Origin: a virus | Taxonomy: Duplodnaviria; Caudoviricetes | Direction: 5' to 3' (one strand) | IMG/VR virus record: IMGVR_UViG_2837005551_000010 | Span: 332-64,331 of that record | Length of the DNA stretch: 64,000 nucleotides | Part shown: one piece after another, positions 18,088-26,599 of the stretch | How the letters are laid out: every line of letters starts with the position of its first letter | Position numbering within the stretch: position 1 is the stretch's first letter | Notes under the pieces: generated by a model | What the model saw: the letters and a program-made list of their open reading frames with translations, nothing else | Database searches by the model: none | What the model was told of the DNA's origin: nothing | Translations under genes and position numbers: made by a program

Positions 18088-18839
18088 GCAATCTCAAAAT
18101 CGTAATCCCCTCACACAAGCGGCACGATCGTGTTTTCGCAAAGAAACTCGTTAACAACCCCATCATCTGTGTTGCTGAAAGTCAGGCAGACCTCTACCGC
18201 CAATACAACCCCGAATGTGAGATAGTAACTCATCCCGATGATGTCATAGGGCTTATTCCCAAACGCAATTGGATGGCCCGGCACTTTGGCGATTTAATGA
18301 TGCTCGACGATGATGTTCACGTTGTCAAAACCCTCTTTTGCGAGAAGGGCGAGACCGGGGTTATACGCGATCCGGACCAGATAACCCATATCATAGAATC
18401 CTTGTATGAGTTGGCGTGTCTGCTCGATGTTCATTTGTTCGGGTTCACCTCAGCCATTTCGCCGGTGATGTATAACGAATGGGGGTATTACTCCCTCTCG
18501 AAGATGATCACCGGTTGCGCCTATGGCGTGAGGTATAACAAGAATGTCTGGTGGAATGAAGAAATCCGGCTCAAAGAAGACTTTTGGATTTCATGTTACA
18601 TGAAGTTCAAAGAACGCCGGATTCTTACCGACCTCCGCTACAACTTCGCCCAGAAGGGCACGTTTGTAAATGCCGGAGGGCTGGCAGCGTTCCGCAATCA
18701 GGAAGAGGAACGCCGCTCGATACTGTTCATCAAAAAGCACTTTGGGGACAGCATCAATATCAAAGGCGCAACCAACAACGGCAAAGACAAGACAAAGCAG
18801 CTCGTGGAGTATAACATCTCCTGCAAGTTCAAATTCTAA
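18084..18839 (+). CDS. GT-A fold glycosyltransferase of the TAGT/GREB1-like family
   Basis: IVIPSHKR, GLIPKRNW, MMLDDDV (DxD), EDFWIS, TFVNAGG. Confidence 0.7.
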   Translation: MSNLKIVIPSHKRHDRVFAKKLVNNPIICVAESQADLYRQYNPECEIVTHPDDVIGLIPKRNWMARHFGDLMMLDDDVHVVKTLFCEKGETGVIRDPDQITHIIESLYELACLLDVHLFGFTSAISPVMYNEWGYYSLSKMITGCAYGVRYNKNVWWNEEIRLKEDFWISCYMKFKERRILTDLRYNFAQKGTFVNAGGLAAFRNQEEERRSILFIKKHFGDSINIKGATNNGKDKTKQLVEYNISCKFKF

Positions 18840-18858
18840 CCTGCTGATTATCCGCTAA

Positions 18859-18907
18859 AAATGGTGTTCAATCTGATTGCTCATATCGTCATTTTTGGCT
18901 AAATTTA
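18859..18907 (+). promoter_or_regulatory. Class M promoter module, copy 3
   Basis: AAATGGTG (18859), TAAATTTA (18900). Confidence 0.6.
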
Positions 18908-18937
18908 CAGTAGTAAACAACCAAATAATAGCGAGTT

Positions 18938-19522
18938 ATGATAATAAGAACTATAAATGGCTATGACTTCTTTGAGGTGAGCTCTGCCATGCAGAAAGCA
19001 ATCCGGCGGGCTGATGCCCGAGTTGCCGGATTCTTCGCCCTGGAACTCTGGCACAGCAACTATCGGGACTATGTATGGAAACGCCTGTTTACCATCAGTG
19101 CCGAGGACTGCTACGGACTCATCACGAAAGAGATAGAGGCTCTTTGGCAGGGGCACGAGTTAGTCAACAAGAATAAGACCGAGCCGAAAGGCAGAATCTT
19201 CGTAAGCAAAGCGGTGCTCCTGCTTTGTGAGTGTCGCAAAAGCAGGGATGCCGACCACCTCCAGAACCTTGTCTATGACCGCAACGATGTGGATGTAGAG
19301 CGGTGGCTTGATGATGTCAGACATTATCCTATCCCCATACCTCCTTATACATTCGATGTTCACACCCGAAAGGGTAAGAAATACGGCAGAACGAAAGAAG
19401 AGTTTTTTCGTGAAGAATATGAGGCATTACAGCCTCGGGTGCCTGGTCTGTTCGATGACCTTGTGCCATCTCAATCAAGCAATCTTTTCAGCGGTTCGGA
19501 TCAGAAGTCTGAGCCGCTTTAA
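18938..19522 (+). CDS. Stand-alone RarA/MgsA C-terminal-like domain protein (no ATPase)
   Basis: YDFFEVSSAMQKAIRRADARVAGFFALEL...VWKRLFTISAEDCYG...YTFDVHTRKGK. Confidence 0.75.
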   Translation: MIIRTINGYDFFEVSSAMQKAIRRADARVAGFFALELWHSNYRDYVWKRLFTISAEDCYGLITKEIEALWQGHELVNKNKTEPKGRIFVSKAVLLLCECRKSRDADHLQNLVYDRNDVDVERWLDDVRHYPIPIPPYTFDVHTRKGKKYGRTKEEFFREEYEALQPRVPGLFDDLVPSQSSNLFSGSDQKSEPL

Positions 19523-19533
19523 TTTTAATCAAC

Positions 19534-20280
19534 ATGAATCTACCACCCTTAGACAAAGAGATGTTGGCAAAGATGGGCATTGCGCCGGACGCGGTGCCCA
19601 TCCGCCCGGCATTAGATTACGGCATCAAAATTCCGCCCAGGAATCCCAAACCTCCCAAAGCAATCAGCACCGCAGAGGCTAACGAGATGTTCGGAGTGTC
19701 GCTTGCAGTAAAGATGAATTTCATCCCCCAGATGCTTGTGGCCCTCGCCCTTGATTATGCCTCTCAGTTTGTGAATCATTGCCGGGATAAGCGTATCAGT
19801 GAGTTTAAGAAACACAATCGCCTTATCAAACTGTGTGTAGAAGAGCATACAGCCCGCCTTGCCAAGTCCTACGGCAACGCATTTCAGGCGTACACCAACT
19901 ATGTTGAGCGGTACTTTGAATATGTCAGTGTTGACCGCTTCAAGATGTGGTGCAGCATCGGGAATGTTGTCAACCGGCAGATTCCGAAAGATAGAGACCG
20001 CGATGGTGCCACCCTCGTTGCGATTATCCATAAACTGATTGATTATGCCGAAGAGTATGACCGCAAAATGGATAAAGTGATTGCCGATAAGGTCAAAGCG
20101 CCTGTCAGTCGCAAGCAGGATGATATGCTGAAGCTCATCGTTGCGATGTGCTATGAGTTTGAGGACACATGGGGGTTCAAGTTAGAGCCGGATCCCATTG
20201 TTGATATGAACATCGGAGTGCTTGCAAATAGAGCCTCAACCCTTGCTGATTTCATCATCGGAGAGGAAAAATGTCAGTAA
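19534..20280 (+). CDS. Hypothetical phage protein
   Basis: 248-aa ORF. Confidence 0.75.
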   Translation: MNLPPLDKEMLAKMGIAPDAVPIRPALDYGIKIPPRNPKPPKAISTAEANEMFGVSLAVKMNFIPQMLVALALDYASQFVNHCRDKRISEFKKHNRLIKLCVEEHTARLAKSYGNAFQAYTNYVERYFEYVSVDRFKMWCSIGNVVNRQIPKDRDRDGATLVAIIHKLIDYAEEYDRKMDKVIADKVKAPVSRKQDDMLKLIVAMCYEFEDTWGFKLEPDPIVDMNIGVLANRASTLADFIIGEEKCQ

Positions 20281-20373
20281 ATGTTAAGGTGATAAAATGG
20301 TGTTCATTCTGATTGCAACATCCGCTTTTTATGGTTAACTTTACAGTATAACAAACTAAAAGTCAAACCAATA
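20269..20373 (+). promoter_or_regulatory. Class M promoter module, copy 4
   Basis: AAATGTCAGTAAATGTTAAGG (20269), AAATGGTG (20295), TAACTTTA (20336), AAGTCAAACCAATA (20360). Confidence 0.7.
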
Positions 20374-20387
20374 AAACCAAGATAACA

Positions 20388-20771
20388 ATGAAAACAATCG
20401 CTGACCTCAACGCTCTTATTCCTACCCTCGTGGAACTCATTCGCAACAATGACCACGAAATCGGAGAGTCTTACTATGAGCAAGATGAAGATGGATGGGG
20501 AAGATGTGATGACTCAACCACTAACTACCTCTGCTATGAGGAAGATGGTTGGCTCATCGAAGTAACCTATGAGTGCTGTGGAGAGTGGGATAATGACCCC
20601 GGCGATTATTGGACTCCACCGAGCTGCGATCTTAGAAGAGCATGGGGCGAGGTTACTGAAATTACCGCTACCCACTACGATGAAGATATAGATGAAGAGT
20701 CTGAGTTCAGCGAAGAGGATGTAAATAAACTCTGGATTGCTCTTGATGAAGAGCTGAAAGATATAGCATAA
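20388..20771 (+). CDS. Highly acidic hypothetical protein
   Basis: About 37 D/E versus 7 K/R in 127 aa (manual count). Confidence 0.75.
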   Translation: MKTIADLNALIPTLVELIRNNDHEIGESYYEQDEDGWGRCDDSTTNYLCYEEDGWLIEVTYECCGEWDNDPGDYWTPPSCDLRRAWGEVTEITATHYDEDIDEESEFSEEDVNKLWIALDEELKDIA

Positions 20772-20797
20772 TAAGTCAAACCAATAAACCTTTTACA

Positions 20798-20956
20798 ATG
20801 ACAAAGTACGTTTTTAGAGTCTATACGACCTACGACCCCGAGGATGGCTTCAATGCCTGGGCAAGCGGGAACAGCCGCCAAGAGGCTGAGCGAGAAATCA
20901 GGAGTGAATATCATTCCATTATCCGTGTTGAACTTATCAGAACCGAGAAGAAATGA
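20798..20956 (+). CDS. 52-aa hypothetical protein (not in ORF track)
   Basis: MTKYVFRVYTTYDPEDGFNAWASG...; preceded by the leader motif at 20773; stop overlaps the next start (ATGA). Confidence 0.65.
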   Translation: MTKYVFRVYTTYDPEDGFNAWASGNSRQEAEREIRSEYHSIIRVELIRTEKK

Positions 20957-21747
20957 CACGAAAAGAGAGACAAGAGGCCCGGGCGGAGCGTTACCGAGAG
21001 TATGCCGATAATGCCGATAAAAGAGCAACAGCCGCCTTTAATGCCAGCAGCGCCGCAGTTGAACACATTCCCCTCGGTCAGCCTATTCTCGTGGGACATC
21101 ATTCAGAACGAGCCCACCGCCGCGCCCTGGAGCGTTCCAATAGCTCAATGATGCGGAGTGTTCACGAATCCGAGAAAGCGGCTTATTACCGTCAGAAAGC
21201 CGAGGCGGTTGAGAATAACGATAACATCTACATCGGCGATGATGATGCGGTAGAACGGCTCAAAAAGAAGATTGCTGAATTGACAGCCCTTCAGGAGCAG
21301 ATGAAAGGAGCCAACAAGATAGTCCGCGCCAAGAGCATGAGCGATGTCGATAAGATTGATGCTCTTGTTCACCTCGGAATCTCAAGACCAAAGGCAAACA
21401 AGATGGTCGGCTCACAAATCATCTTCCCCGGCTATATGCTGACAAACAACAATGCCAAAATCAATGCCGCCAAAAAGCAACTTGCAAAAGCGGAGGCTCT
21501 GACATCAAAGGAAGATAGAGAGTACACCATTGATGACATCACAATCGAAGAGTGCTACTCTGAGAACCGTGTCCGCATCTATTTCCCCGGCAAACCCGGA
21601 GAGGAGACAAGAACAAAAATGAAGAGGGGCGGCTTCCACTGGTCAAAAACATTAGGATGTTGGCAGTGCTATATCAATCGCCGGAGCCTTGACCTCATCA
21701 AAGAGATAACAAGTCAAACCAATAAACCCGATAACAATGGGATATAA
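20953..21747 (+). CDS. DUF3560 domain protein
   Basis: IPLGQPILVGHHSERAHRRALER. Confidence 0.85.
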   Translation: MTRKERQEARAERYREYADNADKRATAAFNASSAAVEHIPLGQPILVGHHSERAHRRALERSNSSMMRSVHESEKAAYYRQKAEAVENNDNIYIGDDDAVERLKKKIAELTALQEQMKGANKIVRAKSMSDVDKIDALVHLGISRPKANKMVGSQIIFPGYMLTNNNAKINAAKKQLAKAEALTSKEDREYTIDDITIEECYSENRVRIYFPGKPGEETRTKMKRGGFHWSKTLGCWQCYINRRSLDLIKEITSQTNKPDNNGI

Positions 21748-22075
21748 ACTTCATGTAGCAGAAGAGTATCAGGTGCGTCATAACTCATCCGATGCTTTCA
21801 GCAATCGTTCCGCAGAAATCAACAGAATGCTTCACGAGAATTGCCCGGATTTAACGTGGATGGGCGAGGATGTGGAGTGCTCTGAACAGCTCAAAGTGCC
21901 ACGCTCCGATTTGGCTGACCTCATCGGCAAGATTGTTGCCGATCGCGAAGATTTCGACAAGTGGCTCAAACTCTATGACATCCAAGAGTCCGTCGATGAT
22001 GTTATTCGAATCATCGCGGGCTGGATTTCCAAAAGCGACCAACGTAATGATTATGTAGTTCTAACCTGGTACTAA
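21737..22075 (+). CDS. Hypothetical protein
   Basis: 112-aa ORF preceded by the leader motif at 21711. Confidence 0.7.
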   Translation: MGYKLHVAEEYQVRHNSSDAFSNRSAEINRMLHENCPDLTWMGEDVECSEQLKVPRSDLADLIGKIVADREDFDKWLKLYDIQESVDDVIRIIAGWISKSDQRNDYVVLTWY

Positions 22076-22079
22076 GAAG

Positions 22080-22325
22080 ATGACAGTAATAGAGCAACAA
22101 ATGATGGATGCGGTCATATCACTCAACCGCAAAACAAAAGACGCCAACCATATTGATTGGGAGCAGCGTCGATATGAGATAGCAAAAGACATTTATACCC
22201 GTTGTCTATCGCACGAAGATGGCGACGTGAGAGCCTTCTGCAATCGAGAACTTGACATGACAGCCTCCGATTGTGTGAGAGAAGCAGATGCGCTTATCAA
22301 AGCACTACAAAAAAAGAGTGAGTGA
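22080..22325 (+). CDS. Hypothetical protein (IDWEQRRYEIAK type)
   Basis: Motif recalled from Bacteroidales phage small ORFs. Confidence 0.7.
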   Translation: MTVIEQQMMDAVISLNRKTKDANHIDWEQRRYEIAKDIYTRCLSHEDGDVRAFCNRELDMTASDCVREADALIKALQKKSE

Positions 22326-22525
22326 TGAATAAAGACTACGCCTATTGTGTCGGCCCCAACTACTTCGGGGGGCCGACACTCTGCGAGAATTGCAAACGGC
22401 ACATACCTTTCAACACCGAAGTAAAAGAGACCTTGACATGGACAATGCCCCTTTACGATGAAAAGACCGGCACTTGCCCTCTGCATGAACCTAAAACAGT
22501 AGCGACTAACATTAACCCCAAATAA
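22322..22525 (+). CDS. Small Cys-containing hypothetical protein
   Basis: Coupled ORF, YC...LCENCKRH...CP. Confidence 0.6.
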   Translation: MMNKDYAYCVGPNYFGGPTLCENCKRHIPFNTEVKETLTWTMPLYDEKTGTCPLHEPKTVATNINPK

Positions 22526-22527
22526 AT

Positions 22528-22707
22528 ATGGATGAAAAAGAATATAACGAGGCGTTAGAAAAGGCCAGAATCTTCTTCCTTGAGAAGTGTGGTGAAATGT
22601 CATTAGCCCATTATCGGGCATTGACATCCGCTTTCAAAATCGCGTATGAACTTGGACTCGAACACGGCAAAGTTCAGGAGCCCACAAATGGTGAGAGTAA
22701 TGGCTAA
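22528..22707 (+). CDS. 59-aa hypothetical protein (not in ORF track)
   Basis: MDEKEYNEALEKARIFFLEKCGEM...; fills the gap in the operon. Confidence 0.55.
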   Translation: MDEKEYNEALEKARIFFLEKCGEMSLAHYRALTSAFKIAYELGLEHGKVQEPTNGESNG

Positions 22708-22918
22708 ATTCATCGAAGTAAAACGAGCCGAGAATCCGGAAGTGTTCCGCTTTGAGTGCGACAAAGAAGATGGCGACATACTCATCAATGTTGATCATAT
22801 CGTTTCAATCATTCCCAATGGAGAAACTTGTTTGATAATGCTAAACGGGTACCCCGGAACTGTTCACGCTCAACACTCTACGGCATGGGTGATGGGATTA
22901 ATTAACGGTAAGCCATGA
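22700..22918 (+). CDS. Hypothetical protein
   Basis: MAKFIEVKRAENP...ILINVDHIVSI; start moved within the track ORF. Confidence 0.6.
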   Translation: MAKFIEVKRAENPEVFRFECDKEDGDILINVDHIVSIIPNGETCLIMLNGYPGTVHAQHSTAWVMGLINGKP

Positions 22919-23484
22919 AAAAGATAATGTTCAATGACCTATACGGACTCACTGAAGCGGTCTTGAATCGACTCAAGACAAAGACGCGCCGCATTGCTCC
23001 CGATAATACGCCGATAGGTAATTGGAGCGAGACATTGAAATATTCAAGGTTCCAGATTGGCGAAGTCGTTGCCATAGCACAAAGTTATAAGGATGCTGGC
23101 GTCAGATTTCTCCCCGAGGAGGATGACGAGTTCGGATGCTACGATTTTCCTGCCGAACAAACAAATGGATGGTCTAACAAGATGTTTGTCCGTGCCGACC
23201 TTATGCCCCACCATATCCGCATCACGAACATTCAGTTAGAGCGTTTGCAGGATATTTCCGATGAGGATTGCATCAAAGAGGGCATCTACAAAGACGAATG
23301 CAGAACGCATTTTAATGGCTACGCTTTTGAGATAATTAAAGACCAAAATGGATGTGTGATGTCAAAAACGTGGTACAATACACCCCGCAAAGCCTTTGCC
23401 GCTCTCATAGATCGAATATCCCGCAAAGGAACATGGGATAGCAACCCTTATGTGTTTGTCTATGATTTTGAATTAGTAGATTAA
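22915..23484 (+). CDS. ASCH-like domain protein
   Basis: MKKIMFN...AVL...KTKTRR...ERLQDIS.EDCIKEG...WDSNPYVFVYDFE. Confidence 0.6.
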   Translation: MKKIMFNDLYGLTEAVLNRLKTKTRRIAPDNTPIGNWSETLKYSRFQIGEVVAIAQSYKDAGVRFLPEEDDEFGCYDFPAEQTNGWSNKMFVRADLMPHHIRITNIQLERLQDISDEDCIKEGIYKDECRTHFNGYAFEIIKDQNGCVMSKTWYNTPRKAFAALIDRISRKGTWDSNPYVFVYDFELVD

Positions 23485-23523
23485 GAAAATCATATAAAAC
23501 CGAACTAATCAAAAAATAAAACA

Positions 23524-23880
23524 ATGATGGTACAAAAACAAGTATGGCACCGCCGGACGCGCTATCTCATAGTAACGCAAAATGCTGCCACAGTGCAGTT
23601 GGAACTATACAAAGAACCTCAAGACCCCGATGGTGTTACCGCTTTCATTTGTTGCCTATGGGTAAATGAGGAAGAGCGCAAGCACGGCCACGCCGGGAGG
23701 CTCTTAGATAGAGCAGAAGAGATTGCCGCCCGGGAGGGGCATAAGAGAGTGCATCTCGAATGGTGTTCACTCGATAGCCCTCAATGGGTACTTGAATGGT
23801 ATCTCAGAAGAGGTTATGAAGAGCAAGAGTTTGGCCATAACTCATCATTGCTGGTTAAAGAACTAAATCAAATAAAATGA
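23524..23880 (+). CDS. GNAT-family acetyltransferase
   Basis: LWVNEEERKHGHAGRLLDRAE...WYLRRGY (acetyl-CoA binding motif A). Confidence 0.85.
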   Translation: MMVQKQVWHRRTRYLIVTQNAATVQLELYKEPQDPDGVTAFICCLWVNEEERKHGHAGRLLDRAEEIAAREGHKRVHLEWCSLDSPQWVLEWYLRRGYEEQEFGHNSSLLVKELNQIK

Positions 23881-24098
23881 AAAAAAGAATCAAAGAAGTG
23901 CTTCTCATGCTAAGCCTTGCGCTAAGTGCAGCGTGGTTGGGAATCTGTATTTTCTATATGGTCAAAGACCATGAGGCATACAGTTCAACAATAGAGTATC
24001 GTGGGCATAGTTACATTTATTTCTATAATCACGGGACAAGTGCGGCAACTCACGATCCCGACTGCCCGTGCCATAAGGAAGATGTAAAAGAGCCATGA
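23877..24098 (+). CDS. Small membrane-anchored protein
   Basis: N-terminal hydrophobic helix; HDPDCPC. Confidence 0.6.
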   Translation: MKKRIKEVLLMLSLALSAAWLGICIFYMVKDHEAYSSTIEYRGHSYIYFYNHGTSAATHDPDCPCHKEDVKEP

Positions 24099-24550
24099 AA
24101 CGCTGGACCCCGGAAGAAGAGAATGAACTGCGAGAGCTTTACGGCACAATGACCGCCGAGGCTCTCGCAGTTCGTTTCGGCACTACCTATCGGGCAATTT
24201 ATCAGAAGTGCAACAAGATGGGACTGAAAAAGGATCAGCCGTGCAAAATTCATCTCACACCTCAACAAGAGTTGTGGATGAAGATACACTGGCCGCATAT
24301 GTCGAATGAGATATGCGCCCTTATACTCGGTATCAGCCATCGTTCAGTTGTCCGGCAGGCGCGCCGTCTCGGATTGCAAAAGACCGAGCAATTCATGAAA
24401 GAGTGCCAGGCACACACCTCAAAAAGAGCCAAAGAGAGCCACATCAAAAATGGCACATATCCGGCAAAGGGTTATTACTCTCCCAATCTCCAAAAGGGTG
24501 AGGCATATCAATTCAAGCCGGGCCACAAAGTAATCAAAAAACCATTTTAG
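24095..24550 (+). CDS. Tandem Myb/HTH-like repeat protein
   Basis: RWTPEEENELRELY...AIYQKCNKMGLKK, pattern occurs twice. Confidence 0.65.
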   Translation: MKRWTPEEENELRELYGTMTAEALAVRFGTTYRAIYQKCNKMGLKKDQPCKIHLTPQQELWMKIHWPHMSNEICALILGISHRSVVRQARRLGLQKTEQFMKECQAHTSKRAKESHIKNGTYPAKGYYSPNLQKGEAYQFKPGHKVIKKPF

Positions 24551-24551
24551 C

Positions 24552-24785
24552 ATGATAGAGATAAACGGGGTCAGGTTCTATGATGAGCCGGGGAGTTGCG
24601 GTAGTTGCCCATGTCTTAAGACGGGAGCAACGCACTTCTCCCCAGGAGGGAAGCGCGGCCTCTGCATAATGTGGAATGAGATGCACCTAAGGACACGCAA
24701 TATCCCGGCGAGATGTCATAAATTATCTAAGAAAGCACTCACTTATCCCGAGGGGAGTAAGCTGACGATAGTTGTAAACATATAA
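24552..24785 (+). CDS. Small Cys-rich hypothetical protein
   Basis: PGSCGSCPC...LC...RCH. Confidence 0.6.
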   Translation: MIEINGVRFYDEPGSCGSCPCLKTGATHFSPGGKRGLCIMWNEMHLRTRNIPARCHKLSKKALTYPEGSKLTIVVNI

Positions 24786-24795
24786 ATAAATTGAC

Positions 24796-25020
24796 ATGGC
24801 AAGACCAAACGGAAACGGCATCATATCTCTCCACGATGATAAGGAAACTAATCACGGGTTCTTCTGCATGAAACTCGTATCATATCTCAACGAAGAGGCA
24901 GAGATGGGTACTGATGTCTACGAAGAGCTATGGCACGAGCGTTTCGCCCAAGCAAAAGCCGGGAAATGTGCCTATCGCGAAAAGTGTCCTAACTATGCCA
25001 AATCAAAACCGCCATTCTGA
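24796..25020 (+). CDS. Hypothetical protein
   Basis: 74-aa ORF in operon. Confidence 0.6.
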   Translation: MARPNGNGIISLHDDKETNHGFFCMKLVSYLNEEAEMGTDVYEELWHERFAQAKAGKCAYREKCPNYAKSKPPF

Positions 25021-25262
25021 TGAAAGGGAGAGCAAAGATAATACACCGTCAAGGGAGCGTAGATGTAGCCGTTTGCAGTGTCCCGATGGATGACGCGCCC
25101 CGGACTTACAACAACCTCGTGAAAGCGATGAAAGACCGCGCCAAAAGCGTTTGGGGAGTGAGGTTTGTAGAGACGCCGGACTCTATCACGGCAATCTGGC
25201 CACGTTCCGATCGACTGCCCGACGGATGGAGCGAGAGCGTGAAGTTTATTCCGGAGGAATAG
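25020..25262 (+). CDS. Hypothetical protein
   Basis: 80-aa coupled ORF. Confidence 0.55.
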   Translation: MKGRAKIIHRQGSVDVAVCSVPMDDAPRTYNNLVKAMKDRAKSVWGVRFVETPDSITAIWPRSDRLPDGWSESVKFIPEE

Positions 25263-25291
25263 TGATTTTTTTGAAAAAAAGTGCTCAAAAA

Positions 25292-25323
25292 TTTGGTTAT
25301 TCAACAAAAGTTGATTAACTTTG
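25292..25323 (+). promoter_or_regulatory. Canonical Bacteroidetes housekeeping-sigma promoter
   Basis: TTTG (25292-25295) N20 TAACTTTG (25316-25323). Confidence 0.75.
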
Positions 25324-25381
25324 CAGTGTCAATAAGACAAAGAGATAATTAACCCGATTGTTTAACCAAAACCGATTCAAA

Positions 25382-25522
25382 ATGAATGACGAAAAATTCA
25401 AATCAAGAATCATCGAGGTAGTCGCCCTCTTGATAAAGTTCAGAACAATGACTGACAAGAGCGACAAGCGAATCCTCCGAGACTACATCAGAGCAGTAGT
25501 TAAAGAGTTGACCTTAGTCTAA
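25382..25522 (+). CDS. 46-aa helical peptide (not in ORF track)
   Basis: MNDEKFKSRIIEVVALLIKFRTMTDKSDKRILRDYIRAVVKELTLV; first ORF after the canonical promoter. Confidence 0.6.
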   Translation: MNDEKFKSRIIEVVALLIKFRTMTDKSDKRILRDYIRAVVKELTLV

Positions 25523-25586
25523 GAGACTCCCCGAAACAAAGAACCCTCCCCCGAAAGGGGGAGCGGTTCCCTTAAAAAAATAAACT

Positions 25587-25925
25587 ATGGCAGACGAAGA
25601 ATTAGTTAAAGAGATTATGGAGCGTGCTCAATCCGATGAGGGTCAGCGGTTAGCCGATGATGTCCTGGCACGTTTGAAAAATGGAGAGGTTGCCCCGGAT
25701 AAAGTAGTGGTAGACCTCAAAAGAGAGGACATTTCAAAAGTGCTGAAAGTGTCCTACATTGCAGAGCGTTTCTTTGGGCGTTCCCGGTCCTGGCTGTGTC
25801 ATAAACTCAATAATGACATAGTGAACGGTAAGCGAGAGGGATTTACCATAGAGGAGCGCAAGAAGCTGAAAGCCGCTCTCGATACCATAGCATACGAGAT
25901 TCAAATTTTGTCGGATAATTTGTAG
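25587..25925 (+). CDS. DUF5053-family protein (HTH-like, often antitoxin-position)
   Basis: LKVSYIAERFFGRSRSWLCHKLN...GFTIEERKKLKAALDTIA. Confidence 0.75.
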   Translation: MADEELVKEIMERAQSDEGQRLADDVLARLKNGEVAPDKVVVDLKREDISKVLKVSYIAERFFGRSRSWLCHKLNNDIVNGKREGFTIEERKKLKAALDTIAYEIQILSDNL

Positions 25926-25965
25926 TTCCTTTTTTCGTCATTCATCTACATAATCCGACGCCCCG

Positions 25966-26000
25966 GCCCGATTGACCTACAAAGTCAGTCGGGCTTTTTT
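25966..26000 (+). terminator. Intrinsic terminator closing the two-gene moron
   Basis: GCCCGATTGAC-CTACAAA-GTCAGTCGGGC then TTTTTT. Confidence 0.7.
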
Positions 26001-26054
26001 AATTCCCTCGATTTCGGGGGAATTAAAATTGTAACCAACAATCAATCACCGCCT

Positions 26055-26399
26055 ATGAAAGCGTATATATCAATTCCCATCAGCGGGAGACCGCTCATTG
26101 ATGCCAAGTGTCAAGCCGAGCGGATCAAGGCGAAACTGACCGAACATGGCCACGAGTGCATAACCCCCTTTGATGTTTGCCCGGAATCAGGCAAGCCTTA
26201 TGCCTACTACATGGGCAAAGACATTGAGGCTCTGTTAGCCGAAGACATCGACGCCGTTGTGTTCGGCAATGGTTTCCACAACTCCAAAGGCTGTCGGCTG
26301 GAGCACGCTGCCGCCGAAATCTACGGCAAGCGAATAGTCTATCAGTCGTGTTTCTATTTTCTCGATCTCACAACCCTTAAACCAATTCCTATCAAATGA
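26055..26399 (+). CDS. DUF4406 / nucleoside 2-deoxyribosyltransferase-like protein
   Basis: KAYISIPISG...ITPFD...YMGKDIEALL...DAVVF...SKGCRLEH. Confidence 0.8.
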   Translation: MKAYISIPISGRPLIDAKCQAERIKAKLTEHGHECITPFDVCPESGKPYAYYMGKDIEALLAEDIDAVVFGNGFHNSKGCRLEHAAAEIYGKRIVYQSCFYFLDLTTLKPIPIK

Positions 26400-26596
26400 A
26401 GAAAAAGTATCGTATCAGGAGAACCTGCAAATGGGTTCACTCACACAACCGGCATCTGTATTGCCCAACATACTCCGTTCAGGTCCGCACATGGCCGGGA
26501 CTTTGGATTGATGTAAAACAATTCAAGGATGAAGAGGATCCCGACTTTGCCCGGCGTGAGGCAGAGGAACTGTTAGACAAACTCAACGAGAAATAA
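26396..26596 (+). CDS. Hypothetical protein
   Basis: 66-aa coupled ORF. Confidence 0.6.
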   Translation: MKKKYRIRRTCKWVHSHNRHLYCPTYSVQVRTWPGLWIDVKQFKDEEDPDFARREAEELLDKLNEK

Positions 26597-26599
26597 GAC

